A DNA stretch of 36,861 nucleotides from Patescibacteria group bacterium UBA3458 (GCA_002378745.1 DFRR01000013.1:1-36861), one strand, 5' to 3'; positions 19,319-29,224 are shown, counted from the first letter of the stretch. The notes: a model not told the origin generated them from the letters alone. Program-made: numbers and translations.

Positions 19319-20761
19319 TTATTGTTTGAGGAGTTTCGGTCCTTTTTCCGTGTCTTCAATGAGGTACCCCTCTTGTCTGAGCTCTTCGCGAAGTGCGTCA
19401 GCACGCTCAAAGTCCTTTTGTTCTCGTGCACGTTCGCGCTCTTGCACCAGCTCTTGAATTTCAGGTGGTGTGTCTGAAACGCTTAGTTTTTGTCCTGCGC
19501 CGTGGAGTAGTCGGTACAGCGTGTCGTCTGACTCATTCAAGCCAAGTCCAAGGACGGTATCAAAGGTAAGCAGTGTAGCCCGCTTATCCGCTGCCGACAC
19601 AGACTCGTCTTTCACAAGCTCCCAGAGTAGTGCAATAGCTTTCGGGGTGTCGAGGTCGTCATTGATACAGGTGTGAAAACGCTTTGCGTAGTCTTCCTGC
19701 ACGACACCTTCTGTGTCAGAGAGTTCATCAACAAAATAGCGATGCAATCGTTTAAGTGCCGTATGTGCTCCGGCAATCGCATCCCATGTGAAGTTCGAAG
19801 GTGTTCGGTAGTGTGCGGTTAACAGCCAGTATCGGTAGCTGAGCGGGGAGTATCCACGGTCAACAATTTGTCGAAGATAAATAGTGTTGCCAATTGATTT
19901 CGATATCTTCCTGCCCTCGATATGAATATGGGCTCGGTGTAACCAAAAGCGAGCAAGAGGACTCTTTCCGGTCGCTGCCTCTGATTGCGCAATTTCATTG
20001 TTGTGGTGAACACCGATATGTTCGATACCCCCGGTATGGATATCTATTTGTTTCCCCAGGCAGCTGCGTATCATCGCACTGCATTCAATATGCCACCCTG
20101 GGAAACCCATGCCCCATGGGGACTCCCACCCAATAGTTTCGTCCTTTTTCCAAAGTATAAAGTCACGGAAATTTCGTTTTTCGGCGCGGACTGCTACTCG
20201 AGCACCCGCTTCCTGTTCGGTTGCTGATTGGCCACCGAGTGCTCCGTAGTTAGGGAATTGTGTAGTATCGAAATACACACCATCACTCGTTTCGTACGTG
20301 TATCCTTTTTGTTCAAGGGTCTGCACCAATGCAATTTGTGCGTGAATATAATCACTTGCGCGAGGGAATTGCGTATTATGTGTTCGCACATTAAGAGCGT
20401 GGATATCAGCGAAAAAATTTGTGATGTAGGTATCAGCGAGTGTACGCATGTTACCAATGGTAAGTGCGAGTCCTTCGCGACGTAGCCCGATTGTCATTTT
20501 GTCTTCACCTTCATCGGCGTCAGATGTAAGATGTCCAACATCAGTAAAGTTAATAACCTGTGTGACAACATACTCGTTATATTCGAGTGTACGTCTGAGT
20601 GTATCGACAAACACCACGTTAGATAAGTTACCAATGTGCTGGCTATCGTATACCGTTGGGCCACAGCTATACATACGCACATCACCGTCTCGCCATGAGG
20701 TGAAGACTTCTTTCTCATTAGTCAGTGTGTTGTGTAAATACAGTGGTTGTCGCTGCTGCAT
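19319..20761 (-). CDS. cysS: Cysteine--tRNA ligase
   Basis: MYSCGPTVY..HIGN, GFPGWHIECSAM, HHNNEIAQ, KISKS. Confidence 0.97.
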   Translation of the reverse strand: MQQRQPLYLHNTLTNEKEVFTSWRDGDVRMYSCGPTVYDSQHIGNLSNVVFVDTLRRTLEYNEYVVTQVINFTDVGHLTSDADEGEDKMTIGLRREGLALTIGNMRTLADTYITNFFADIHALNVRTHNTQFPRASDYIHAQIALVQTLEQKGYTYETSDGVYFDTTQFPNYGALGGQSATEQEAGARVAVRAEKRNFRDFILWKKDETIGWESPWGMGFPGWHIECSAMIRSCLGKQIDIHTGGIEHIGVHHNNEIAQSEAATGKSPLARFWLHRAHIHIEGRKISKSIGNTIYLRQIVDRGYSPLSYRYWLLTAHYRTPSNFTWDAIAGAHTALKRLHRYFVDELSDTEGVVQEDYAKRFHTCINDDLDTPKAIALLWELVKDESVSAADKRATLLTFDTVLGLGLNESDDTLYRLLHGAGQKLSVSDTPPEIQELVQERERAREQKDFERADALREELRQEGYLIEDTEKGPKLLKQ

Positions 20762-20808
20762 ACGAGCTTAGAGTAGCATCGGAGAGGGCGAAGGGGAATA
20801 GGGCTGTA

Positions 20809-21729
20809 CTAGAGCCAATGCTTATAGCGGAAGTAGAAGAACATGCTCAGTGTCGCAAAACACATCATGCTGATGATAATCCAAAAGTCGTGAGGATTTT
20901 CAACGATTGGTGTATATGTTGTATTCATTCCAAATACCGACGAGATCAACATGAGTGGGAATGTAACAAACGCTATGATAGTAAACGTTTTCATAACTTC
21001 ATTTTGTTTGGTACTCAGGAGCGAGTTGTTCGTCTCACGAAGTTCCGCAAGCGTTTGCCAGATACGAGTTACATGCTTCCGTGAACGGTAGTAGGTGTTC
21101 TCGATTGACTGTACTCGTGCTACATACTCCTTACCAACAAATTCACCGGTAAGTTCATGCAAAGAGGCGAGTACGTCTTGGTGGGGGTCGAGTCCTTGTT
21201 TAATGTTGAGGATGTCGCGTCCGGCCCGTGAAAGCGCTTCAACCATTTCACGTTCGCGCCCCTTGAATATTTCTACCTCGATGTATTCGAGTGTCTCTCG
21301 TATTTTATCAATATCGACATCAACGATACGGTACAAGCGCTTTGTGAGCAGTAAGAAGATATCAAATGCATTATCGCTAAAGTGATCTTCCTCAAGAGCA
21401 GCATTTACCTCAAAGACTTTTCGAAATTCGACAAAGGTAGTGAGTTCTTCGTAGCGCGTGGTGATGATGAAATGTTTGCCGATTATGAAATCAACCTCGT
21501 GTTCTGGTGCTGTTGCCGAATGCGCACCATGCTGAAGCGTGGGGAAGTGTAGCATCAGGTACAGATAATCATCGTATCGCTGTGTTTGTGGTCGTAGTGA
21601 TGGTGCTAGGAGTTCATTTACCACCGTAGGGTCGATATTAAATTCAGCTCCAACACGACGCACCTCATCAACGGTTGGTGATTCCAAATCAATCCAGGTA
21701 AGTTTTTTATATTCGTGACGATGGAGCAT
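20809..21729 (-). CDS. corA: CorA-family Mg2+ transporter
   Basis: QNEVMKTFTI...FGMN signature and two C-terminal TM helices. Confidence 0.92.
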   Translation of the reverse strand: MLHRHEYKKLTWIDLESPTVDEVRRVGAEFNIDPTVVNELLAPSLRPQTQRYDDYLYLMLHFPTLQHGAHSATAPEHEVDFIIGKHFIITTRYEELTTFVEFRKVFEVNAALEEDHFSDNAFDIFLLLTKRLYRIVDVDIDKIRETLEYIEVEIFKGREREMVEALSRAGRDILNIKQGLDPHQDVLASLHELTGEFVGKEYVARVQSIENTYYRSRKHVTRIWQTLAELRETNNSLLSTKQNEVMKTFTIIAFVTFPLMLISSVFGMNTTYTPIVENPHDFWIIISMMCFATLSMFFYFRYKHWL

Positions 21730-21864
21730 ATGTATATCAGTTAGTACCTATTAGCTTATAGTGTATCTTCGGGTGCGTATAGAGTGAACGCGTGCATAAC
21801 ACGGAGCACTTGCATATCACATTAGTCATTTTGAACCCGGCGCTGCACATGGCATAATGACGCG

Positions 21865-23139
21865 ATGTTTGGCGTTTCAATCCGTTCAATAGTCAGTGGG
21901 TCACTTATTGTAGTGGTCATTTTTACTGCCGGTGTACTCGTTGGGGATCGAGGCGTATTTGCAGAGCAGCTTAACCGCTATGGCCTCTCTGCGTTCGCCG
22001 CCGGAGCTATCTCTGGCGCACAACCGGAGGACGTTGACTTTACGCCGGTATGGAAAGCATGGAATATTCTTGAGCAGCAATTTATTGATGCATATGCAAC
22101 GACTACCACAGAGGGATCAACCACTACCGATATGGCAGCCGTACGCCAAGAGCGTGTGTGGGGAATGATCAGTGGACTTGCTGAATCAATGGGAGACCCA
22201 TATACAGTATTTTTACCACCTTCGGAAGCTGAAATATTTCAAAGCGATATCAGTGGAAGTTTTGAAGGAGTTGGCATGGAAATCTCAATTCGCGACCGTG
22301 TGCTAACGGTCGTGTCGCCGCTAAAGGATACTCCGGCTGCAAAATCAGGCATTAAGGCGGAAGACAAAATTATTACGATTGATGGAACCTCAACGAAAGA
22401 TATGAGCATCGACACTGCTGTCGGGCTCATTCGTGGAGAGCGGGGCACCCCGGTCACATTTACCATTATTCGCGAAGGAGAAGCATCGGTACTTGAGATT
22501 ACTGTGGTACGTGATGTCATTGAAATTCCGACAATTGAGACAACTCGACGAGACGACGGTATATTCGTAATCGAGCTATACAATTTTTCGGCAAAATCAT
22601 CTGAGTTATTCCGCCTCGCGTTGAAAGAATTTGCAGCGACCAATTATGATAAACTCGTCATTGATGTGCGGGGTAATCCAGGGGGGTATCTTGATGCGGC
22701 GGTTGATATGGCGAGTTGGTTCCTGCCGAGTGGTAAAATCGTAGTCACTGAAGACTATGGTGGCAAACAAGAGATGCGTGTGCACCGCAGTCGAGGATAC
22801 GATGTATTCACTGACGATTTGAAGCTAGTCATTCTCATTGATGGTGGCTCCGCATCTGCTTCAGAAATTCTTGCTGGCTCACTACGTGAACATGGCGTTG
22901 CAACACTCGTTGGTACATCAAGTTTTGGTAAAGGGTCAGTACAAGAATTGATAGACATCACTCCGGAAACATCGCTTAAGGTCACGGTAGCGCGTTGGTT
23001 GCTCAAGGGAGACGTGTTTATTACACGAGATGGCATTCAGCCCGACATCGTAGTCGAGTTCCCAGACGATGAGGATATTGAAGCAGATCGCGACTACATT
23101 CTGGAACGTGCTGTTGAATTTCTGATTGTGGGGGAGTAA
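21865..23139 (+). CDS. S41 C-terminal processing peptidase (CtpA-like, PDZ domain)
   Basis: DPYT, PDZ, DVRGNPGG, SASASEI, SFGKGSVQ. Confidence 0.93.
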   Translation: MFGVSIRSIVSGSLIVVVIFTAGVLVGDRGVFAEQLNRYGLSAFAAGAISGAQPEDVDFTPVWKAWNILEQQFIDAYATTTTEGSTTTDMAAVRQERVWGMISGLAESMGDPYTVFLPPSEAEIFQSDISGSFEGVGMEISIRDRVLTVVSPLKDTPAAKSGIKAEDKIITIDGTSTKDMSIDTAVGLIRGERGTPVTFTIIREGEASVLEITVVRDVIEIPTIETTRRDDGIFVIELYNFSAKSSELFRLALKEFAATNYDKLVIDVRGNPGGYLDAAVDMASWFLPSGKIVVTEDYGGKQEMRVHRSRGYDVFTDDLKLVILIDGGSASASEILAGSLREHGVATLVGTSSFGKGSVQELIDITPETSLKVTVARWLLKGDVFITRDGIQPDIVVEFPDDEDIEADRDYILERAVEFLIVGE

Positions 23140-23253
23140 GATTGCGGTCATGAATCCCGTTAGAAAGACGTTTCTTCTTGGGATCATCTCGAATTATGGA
23201 TACGGTGAATTTTCGAGAAGCATGTGGATTATAAATGATAAATTTCTAGCGGG

Positions 23254-23700
23254 ATGAAAGTCATACTTTTAAAAGACGTAGCAGGGGTTGGACTTCGCAA
23301 TGAAGTCAAAAATGTTGCCGATGGATACGCACAGAACTTCCTTATTCGTAAGGGACTTGCTGAACTTGCCACAATAGCCAAGGTGCAGAAGGCACAAAAT
23401 GCAGCAGCGGATCGCTTGGCGAAACAAGAGGCAGCAAAGGAATCCTTACAGGCAGGACTCGCATCTCTGAAGGGGCAGACGCTGACTATCCGTGCAAATG
23501 CAAACGAAAAGAACCACTTGTTTGAAGCAGTACATGCAGAGGCTATCGCTGCACAACTTAAGGAGGTAGCGGGAGTTACTGTTAATCCGGACGCTATTCT
23601 CATTGAGGCGCCTATAAAAGAGGTTGGCGATTTTACAGTACACGTTACCGTCGGTGCAACAAAAGTACCGGTGCAAATTGCTGTCGAAAAAAGCGAATAA
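23254..23700 (+). CDS. rplI: 50S ribosomal protein L9
   Basis: [11 protein letters not shown]...[11 protein letters not shown]. Confidence 0.96.
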   Translation: MKVILLKDVAGVGLRNEVKNVADGYAQNFLIRKGLAELATIAKVQKAQNAAADRLAKQEAAKESLQAGLASLKGQTLTIRANANEKNHLFEAVHAEAIAAQLKEVAGVTVNPDAILIEAPIKEVGDFTVHVTVGATKVPVQIAVEKSE

Positions 23701-23727
23701 TGCGCGAATAGACACTAAAATAGACAC

Positions 23728-23760
23728 TAAAAAACGCCGCTGATATCAGCGGCGTTTTTT
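23728..23760. terminator. Bidirectional terminator between rplI and rpmA
   Basis: AAAAAACGCCGCTGA-TA-TCAGCGGCGTTTTT. Confidence 0.85.
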
Positions 23761-23782
23761 GTATCAAACTAAACAATTGAGC

Positions 23783-24055
23783 TTAAAGTACGTCCACGAC
23801 TTTCTTTTTGGTGACGTTGCCATCAAATCGAGTCTTGCGAGTCTCTCGGAAGCTTACCGTGCCATCAGTAAGTGCAAAAAGAGTGTGGTCTTTGCCGAGC
23901 CCCACATTCTTGCCAGCAAGAATCTTAGTCCCACGTTGGCGCACAATAATAGAGCCGGTCTGCGCTTTCTGACCGTCAGCAATCTTCGTACCCAAGTATT
24001 TCGGGTTTGAATCTCGTAGGTTTCTGGCTGTCCCTCCAGCTTTTCTATGTGCCAT
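23783..24055 (-). CDS. rpmA: 50S ribosomal protein L27
   Basis: [33 protein letters not shown]. Confidence 0.97.
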   Translation of the reverse strand: MAHRKAGGTARNLRDSNPKYLGTKIADGQKAQTGSIIVRQRGTKILAGKNVGLGKDHTLFALTDGTVSFRETRKTRFDGNVTKKKVVDVL

Positions 24056-24074
24056 ATTTCAAATGTAAGGTATT

Positions 24075-24455
24075 ATGTCCGCAATGGCGAACTGGTGGGA
24101 AAGTATACGCGAAAGAGCCCTGCAAATCAAGGGCCATAACGTACTGGAGTCAAATGACCTACTAACGGTCGCAATCGTCCTCTGTGTCGGGTTTTCCGCC
24201 TTCGGACTGGGTAGATTATCAAATATCGAAACGCAACGACCGGCAGTACAACAGTTTACTGCTTCTGTCTATAGCGGGGAGCCACTGCAGGCAGGTGGGA
24301 AAATAGTAGCATCGAGAAACGGCACCAAGTATCACTTCCCGTGGTGTGCAGGTGCCCAAGCAATGAATGAAGAAAATAAAGTATGGTTTGACTCGGAAGA
24401 GGCAGCTCGGACTGCAGGGTATACTCCCGCATCGAATTGTCGCGGACTGCGGTAA
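24075..24455 (+). CDS. Membrane-anchored Ada metal-binding-domain-like protein
   Basis: TM helix then VASRNGTKYHFPWC...F..EEAARTAGYTP..NC. Confidence 0.75.
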   Translation: MSAMANWWESIRERALQIKGHNVLESNDLLTVAIVLCVGFSAFGLGRLSNIETQRPAVQQFTASVYSGEPLQAGGKIVASRNGTKYHFPWCAGAQAMNEENKVWFDSEEAARTAGYTPASNCRGLR

Positions 24456-24491
24456 GTTTGAGGTTTGAACAGCTTAGTTTATAGTTATGGT

Positions 24492-25088
24492 ATGTTGATT
24501 TTAGATGTTGAAGCGTCAGGGACTGAATATCATAAACACTCAATCGTAAGTCTCGGTGCGCTTGATTTGCATAACCCACAAAACAGATTCTACGAGGAGT
24601 GTCGTATTTGGGATGGTGCACACATCATGGAAGGTGCACTTGAAGTGAACGGATTCACCGAAGAAGAAATCACTGACCCAACAAAGCAAACAGAAGGGGA
24701 GCTTATAGAAAAGTTTCTTGCATGGGCAGAGTCGTTGGAAGACAAAACCTTTGGTGGACAGAATGTTTCGTTTGACCGAGATTTTGTGAAAGCAGCATGC
24801 GAACGCGCCGGATTCAACTACACGTTTGCATACCGCACTATCGATAGTCACTCCCTAGCGTGGATGCACATTATTAAGCGAGGCGAGGTACCTCCGATTG
24901 ATGCTGAGCATAAGCGCAGCGCTTTGAATCTCGATGCTGTATTAAACTACACAGGCATTCCTGAAGAACCGCACCCACACAATGCGCTTACCGGGGCGTT
25001 GAGTCATGCGGAGGTTATCTCACGTCTCTTGTATGACAAGAAATTACTTCCTGAATTTGATCAGTACGATATTCCATGGCAGAAGTAG
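24492..25088 (+). CDS. DEDDh 3'-5' exonuclease (DnaQ-like)
   Basis: ILDVEASG, GQNVSFD, HNALTGA. Start at ATG 24492. Confidence 0.85.
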   Translation: MLILDVEASGTEYHKHSIVSLGALDLHNPQNRFYEECRIWDGAHIMEGALEVNGFTEEEITDPTKQTEGELIEKFLAWAESLEDKTFGGQNVSFDRDFVKAACERAGFNYTFAYRTIDSHSLAWMHIIKRGEVPPIDAEHKRSALNLDAVLNYTGIPEEPHPHNALTGALSHAEVISRLLYDKKLLPEFDQYDIPWQK

Positions 25089-25159
25089 TCAGACGCGGTA
25101 TAATCAGTGTATCTTGTACCTGTTCTTTCTCTGAGTTTAGAAACTAAAACCACCAACGT

Positions 25160-25906
25160 ATGGAAATCATTGTAATTCTTATTCTTCTCATCGTTATTGC
25201 AGTTGCGATACTTCGACAGGTTAACCAATACGAGCGCGGTGTGATGTTCACCATGGGACGATACACCGGTATCCGTGAAGCGGGATGGCGCATCGTCATT
25301 CCTGTATTTCAGCGGATGCATAAAGTTGATATGCGTGTAAAAGCAGTCGATGTACCACAACAGCAAGCAATTACAAAAGACAACATTGCGGTTGGCGTGA
25401 ATGCCGTCATTTACTATAAAGTCTCAGATGCCGATAAGGCGGTTCTTAATGTTGAGGACTTCTTCTTTGCGATGAGTCAGCTCGCACAGACAACTATGCG
25501 AAATGTGGTTGGCGAAGTCGAACTCGACGAGCTACTTGCCGGTCGCGACAAAATATCGGAGCGCATTCGTTCGATTGTTGACGAAGCAAGTGATGATTGG
25601 GGTATTAAAGTGGGGAACGTGGAGCTCAAAGATGTGATTCTCCAGGCTGATATGGAACGAACCATTGCAAAGCAAGCAGAAGCTGAGCGAGAAAAGCGAG
25701 CGGTTATCATCAAGGCGGAAGGGGAAGTGCTCTCAGCGGAAAACATGGCGAAAGCCGCTTCAATTCTTGGAAGTGCACCAGGTGCGCTTCATTTGCGCAC
25801 CTTGCAATCACTTAACGATTTGAGTTCTGACCAAAGCAATACCGTTGTATTCGCGACGCCAATAGAAGTACTACGCGCATTTGAAAAAATTGGGGGAGGG
25901 AAGTAA
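25160..25906 (+). CDS. SPFH/stomatin-like (slipin) protein
   Basis: YERGVMF..GR, ITKDN, AQTTMR, QAEAEREKRA, LRTLQSL. Confidence 0.93.
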   Translation: MEIIVILILLIVIAVAILRQVNQYERGVMFTMGRYTGIREAGWRIVIPVFQRMHKVDMRVKAVDVPQQQAITKDNIAVGVNAVIYYKVSDADKAVLNVEDFFFAMSQLAQTTMRNVVGEVELDELLAGRDKISERIRSIVDEASDDWGIKVGNVELKDVILQADMERTIAKQAEAEREKRAVIIKAEGEVLSAENMAKAASILGSAPGALHLRTLQSLNDLSSDQSNTVVFATPIEVLRAFEKIGGGK

Positions 25907-25935
25907 CACGGTACGTGCATAGTACGAAGTAGTAC

Positions 25936-27648
25936 ATGAGTACACACACCACAGACTATACGCACCTTGCAGAAACACTACAGGCACTCGGCATAGAGTG
26001 TGATATGTCACTTGATACGCGCACGCGTTACGCAACCGACGAAAGTGTGTTTGCGGTCATGCCGGAGTTGATAGTCTTTCCGAAAGACACGGCACAGGTG
26101 CAGACCATTGTACGTACCGTGGGTGAACTGAATCAACAGGGAAATGCATTCTCGCTCACTCCACGAGCAGCGGGTACCGGTTTGTCTGGAGGTTCACTCA
26201 ATGACTCGGTCATCATTGATACCGCTAAGTACTTAAGTGGCTTTGATGAGCTCCTAATATTGCCCGATGGGACGGCGCGTATCGCTGCGCGACCCGGGGC
26301 ATTCTTCCGTGATTTTGATGCATATACGAAAAAGCACGGATTTTTTCTACCTCCGTATCCGTCATCGCGCGATATTTGCACGGTCGGTGGCATGGTAGCG
26401 AATAATGCGGCTGGCCCTGACTCTCTCAAGTATGGGCATACGGCACAGTATGTCGCAGAGCTGGAAGTAGTACTTCATGATGGGTGGGCGTATACGTTAA
26501 AGCCGCTGCAATTTGACGAATTATGCGATGCGATTCGACAAGATAATGCCTTGGGTGCCGTGTACCGTGATGTATGGATGAGAATCGAGAATTCACTGGA
26601 TATACTACAAGCAGGGAAACCGGAGTCATCAAAGAACTCATCTGGGTATGCGATATGGGATGTGCTCAAAGCCGATTCTATCGAGAGTTTCAAAACAGGG
26701 CAGGGGACATTCTCGCTCATTCCGCTGTTTGCCGGCTCCCAAGGAACGCTCGGGATTATCACCAATATTGTATTTTCAGTTATACCTGAAACCGAAGTGT
26801 CTGACTTGCTCGTCGTACCGATACAACATATCGAAAGTATCGGAGAGGGTATTCAGACGCTACTTGAGCACAATCCTCGTAACATTGAAATATTTGACGA
26901 TCGTACCTACAAACTTGCTCGTAGCAACTTATCGTTCTTCAAGACACAATTTTATGCACAGAGCTTCACACAATACATGCGATTTCTCTTTCACTTCTGG
27001 ATGAATGAATTGTTCAGTTTCAAACAACGTACACCATCGTTTGTATTACTCGTGACCTTTGATGGCGTCACAAAAGTTCAAGCAAATAAAGAACTCAAAG
27101 CCGCGTATATGCATATGCACGCAGAAGGTAGGCGCGCATGGTATGTTCGCAGCGCGGGGCGCACCGAAATGTTTTGGAAGATTCGGTTTGCAAGCTATTC
27201 GCTGGCAAAGCTGGGAAAGGAAAACCGAAGACCGGCGGCGTTTCTTGAGGACATGATTATTCCGCCACGATTTTTGCCTGAATTTCTTGCAGAATTGACC
27301 GAGACACTACGCACTTACGATGCCGAGTATGCGATGCATGGGCATGGGGGAAATGGACACTTTCATTTCTATCCATTGCTCGACTTCACGAATCCTGAGA
27401 CACCGAGAAAGATTAAACAAATGGCAGATGATTGTTTTGCGTTGGCGAGAAGATATAAAGGAAATATTTGCGGGGAGCACAATGATGGTATTATCCGTAC
27501 GCCATATTTAAGTCAATTGTTTACACAAGATATGCTCGCTACTTTTGTAGCAATTGAGCATGCGTTTGATCCGAATGACATATTTAATCCGGGCAAGAAA
27601 GTGCATCCAAAATTCGACATCGTGTCGTATATTCGGAAAACAAACTAA
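25936..27648 (+). CDS. FAD-binding oxidoreductase (GlcD / D-lactate dehydrogenase-like)
   Basis: RAAGTGLSGG, TVGGMVANNAAG, GSQGTLG, GHGGNGHFH, GEHNDG, FNPGK. Confidence 0.9.
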   Translation: MSTHTTDYTHLAETLQALGIECDMSLDTRTRYATDESVFAVMPELIVFPKDTAQVQTIVRTVGELNQQGNAFSLTPRAAGTGLSGGSLNDSVIIDTAKYLSGFDELLILPDGTARIAARPGAFFRDFDAYTKKHGFFLPPYPSSRDICTVGGMVANNAAGPDSLKYGHTAQYVAELEVVLHDGWAYTLKPLQFDELCDAIRQDNALGAVYRDVWMRIENSLDILQAGKPESSKNSSGYAIWDVLKADSIESFKTGQGTFSLIPLFAGSQGTLGIITNIVFSVIPETEVSDLLVVPIQHIESIGEGIQTLLEHNPRNIEIFDDRTYKLARSNLSFFKTQFYAQSFTQYMRFLFHFWMNELFSFKQRTPSFVLLVTFDGVTKVQANKELKAAYMHMHAEGRRAWYVRSAGRTEMFWKIRFASYSLAKLGKENRRPAAFLEDMIIPPRFLPEFLAELTETLRTYDAEYAMHGHGGNGHFHFYPLLDFTNPETPRKIKQMADDCFALARRYKGNICGEHNDGIIRTPYLSQLFTQDMLATFVAIEHAFDPNDIFNPGKKVHPKFDIVSYIRKTN

Positions 27649-27658
27649 GTGAAATATC

Positions 27659-27692
27659 TGCATTCTACCATTCTATAGAATGGCAGAATGCA
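27659..27692 (+). terminator. Hairpin after the oxidoreductase (left edge of the island)
   Basis: TGCATTCTACCATTCTA/TAGAATGGCAGAATGCA inverted repeat. Confidence 0.6.
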
Positions 27693-27724
27693 AATCGTAC
27701 TGACACGAGTGTATATGCATATAT

Positions 27725-27774
27725 AAAAAGAGCCCGGCTCTTTTGAACGGGCGTTCGATTGGAGAGCCGGGCTC
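27725..27774 (-). terminator. Terminator of small-ORF unit 1
   Basis: GAGCCCGGCTC ... GAGCCGGGCTC followed by a T-run on the minus strand. Confidence 0.75.
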
Positions 27775-27794
27775 CCCGAAGTGTGAGTGTGGCG

Positions 27795-27947
27795 TTAGCC
27801 GAAAATCATTTCGAAAAGCTTCTGCATCTGGTCCGGATTTTCGATATAGTACCAGACGATGAATGCTGCCATGCCGATAGCAAAGGCTGCATAAATGCCC
27901 TCATAGAGGACGTCCATCGCTTTCTCAAACCCTGGTTTCCCAGTCAT
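27795..27947 (-). CDS. Small single-TM protein, unit 1 (50 aa)
   Basis: MTGKPGFEKAMDVLYEGIYAAFAIGMAAFIVWYYIENPDQMQKLFEMIFG; SD AAGGAGGT; TTGACG-18-CACCGT upstream. Confidence 0.75.
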   Translation of the reverse strand: MTGKPGFEKAMDVLYEGIYAAFAIGMAAFIVWYYIENPDQMQKLFEMIFG

Positions 27948-28103
27948 CTTTTGACCTCCTTTTTCTCGTACTCGGGAAGTACACGGTGCCATAGGGAAGG
28001 GGATTTCGTCAAGCAAATATAAAGAGAGCCCGAACCCTCCAACATACGTAGCAAAACGCAGTGGAGAGCCCAGGCCCTCCCAACTCAACTTAGTGATGGC
28101 CGC

Positions 28104-28346
28104 TTAGCCGCCGTAGGTTGCCACAGCCTGCAGCAGGAAGCCCAGGAGAAGGCCGGAAGAGATGAGCAGGGCGACTCTTTTCAGAGTCCAGAAACGCCGG
28201 CGCTTGGGGCGAACGACGTCGGATTCATCGTGGTGCGTTTCCGTCCCAGATGACTCCTCATGCTCGCATTCCGGCGTGTGCGTATGCACCTGCTCTTCCT
28301 CGTGTCCCTCATCGGTTGCTGCCGCTTCGGTGTCCTCTTTGGTCAT
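28104..28346 (-). CDS. Small protein with acidic His-rich N-terminus and C-terminal TM, unit 2 (80 aa)
   Basis: MTKEDTEAAATDEGHEEEQVHTHTPECEHEE...RPKRRRFWTLKRVALLISSGLLLGFLLQAVATYGG; SD AAAGGG; TTGACA(28412-28407)-18-CACAAT. Confidence 0.75.
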   Translation of the reverse strand: MTKEDTEAAATDEGHEEEQVHTHTPECEHEESSGTETHHDESDVVRPKRRRFWTLKRVALLISSGLLLGFLLQAVATYGG

Positions 28347-28452
28347 GTGCAGACCCTTTCTTTGTTGTGGGTTGGGATGCGCATTGTGCACCCGAAACAT
28401 ACATAGTGTCAAATAGAACGAGCCCAACCCCGAAGGGAAGGGCTCGTGCTCA

Positions 28453-28632
28453 TCAGAGGGGGAAGGAAGTGAAAAGTCTGGTGAGAAAGGCGGCTGAGGC
28501 CAGAAGAATAGCTGCAATGATCGCGACTATCTGCCACGGGCGCATGTCATTGAGGACATGCTCCAGTGTCAGGCCATCTGTTTTTTGCTCTCCTGCTCCT
28601 TCTTCCTTCCGAAGACGAACTACTTGCCCCAT
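28453..28632 (-). CDS. Small single-TM protein, unit 3 (59 aa); not in the ORF track
   Basis: MGQVVRLRKEEGAGEQKTDGLTLEHVLNDMRPWQIVAIIAAILLASAAFLTRLFTSFPL; SD AGGAGG; TTGACA(28696-28691)-17-CACAAT; GAGCCC/GGGCTC hairpin downstream. Confidence 0.75.
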   Translation of the reverse strand: MGQVVRLRKEEGAGEQKTDGLTLEHVLNDMRPWQIVAIIAAILLASAAFLTRLFTSFPL

Positions 28633-28700
28633 AGGGTAGTCCTCCTGTTTAAGATGAGTAGATACGCATTGTGCATTGAATTAGGATGTGTGTCAACAAA

Positions 28701-28732
28701 TAGAAAAGGCTCAGCACCGAAGTGCTGAGCCT
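28701..28732 (-). terminator. Terminator of unit 4
   Basis: Reverse complement AGGCTCAGCAC-TTCG-GTGCTGAGCCTTTTCTA. Confidence 0.85.
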
Positions 28733-28742
28733 GTCCCGACGG

Positions 28743-28859
28743 CTAGAAGAACTGAGTAGTTGCGATGGCCGCGAAGTATGCAAATGCTGAAATCGCGAGA
28801 ACCCCAACGCAGAACCGCAGGTTCTTCTTGGATTGTGCCGCTTGTGTGGCTGCATCCAT
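28743..28859 (-). CDS. Small single-TM peptide, unit 4 (38 aa); not in the ORF track
   Basis: MDAATQAAQSKKNLRFCVGVLAISAFAYFAAIATTQFF; SD AAGGGG; TTGTCA-18-TACTAT. Confidence 0.7.
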   Translation of the reverse strand: MDAATQAAQSKKNLRFCVGVLAISAFAYFAAIATTQFF

Positions 28860-28951
28860 AAGAGTGTACCCCTTTGTCGTCTGGAATAGCGGGATAGTAC
28901 TACAGAGGGTAGGGGGATGACAAGTGTTTATATTTGTGTAGACTACGAAAC

Positions 28952-29035
28952 ACTGCTGTCGCCCTGGGTTAGCCTCCCGTTGGCGGCGGCCAACTTGGCG
29001 GAGCGCTGTACCCCAGCTGCTCCGCCCTTTTTATT
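28952..29035 (+). ncRNA. Putative ~80-nt sRNA divergent from unit 4
   Basis: ATGACA-16-TAGACT (weak promoter); stem GCTGTCGCC/GGCGGCGGC with a CCTCCC-containing loop; terminator GGCGGAGC/GCTCCGCC-CTTTTTATTT; no ATG. Confidence 0.5.
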
Positions 29036-29045
29036 TCTACATATA

Positions 29046-29074
29046 TAGAAAAGGCCCGTGCCGAAGCACGGGCC
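29046..29074 (-). terminator. Terminator of unit 5
   Basis: Reverse complement GGCCCGTGC-TTCG-GCACGGGCCTTTTCTA. Confidence 0.85.
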
Positions 29075-29083
29075 ATTCCGAAA

Positions 29084-29224
29084 CTAGTAGAGCACGGAAC
29101 CATTGTGGTAAATTGCCAAAACGACATACGCTGTAATGGCAAGAATCACAAGGATCCACGAGGTGGTTTCTGAGGCGAAAAAGGTACGCCATCCGCCAGA
29201 GGACTTCCGCCGAACGCGATTCAT
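29084..29224 (-). CDS. Small single-TM peptide, unit 5 (46 aa); not in the ORF track
   Basis: MNRVRRKSSGGWRTFFASETTSWILVILAITAYVVLAIYHNGSVLY; SD GAGGAGGAGG; TTGCCT-17-TAGCAT. Confidence 0.75.
   Translation of the reverse strand: MNRVRRKSSGGWRTFFASETTSWILVILAITAYVVLAIYHNGSVLY

Noticed and set aside
23707-23732. 12-bp tandem duplication AATAGACACTAA x2
   Set aside because: An isolated slippage-type duplication next to a terminator; no further copies noticed.
28952-29035. HDV-like ribozyme (GCC-TCCCGTT-GGC resembles P3/L3)
   Set aside because: The P1.1 GG and J4/2 elements cannot be placed and P2 has a mismatch; a two-hairpin sRNA fits better.
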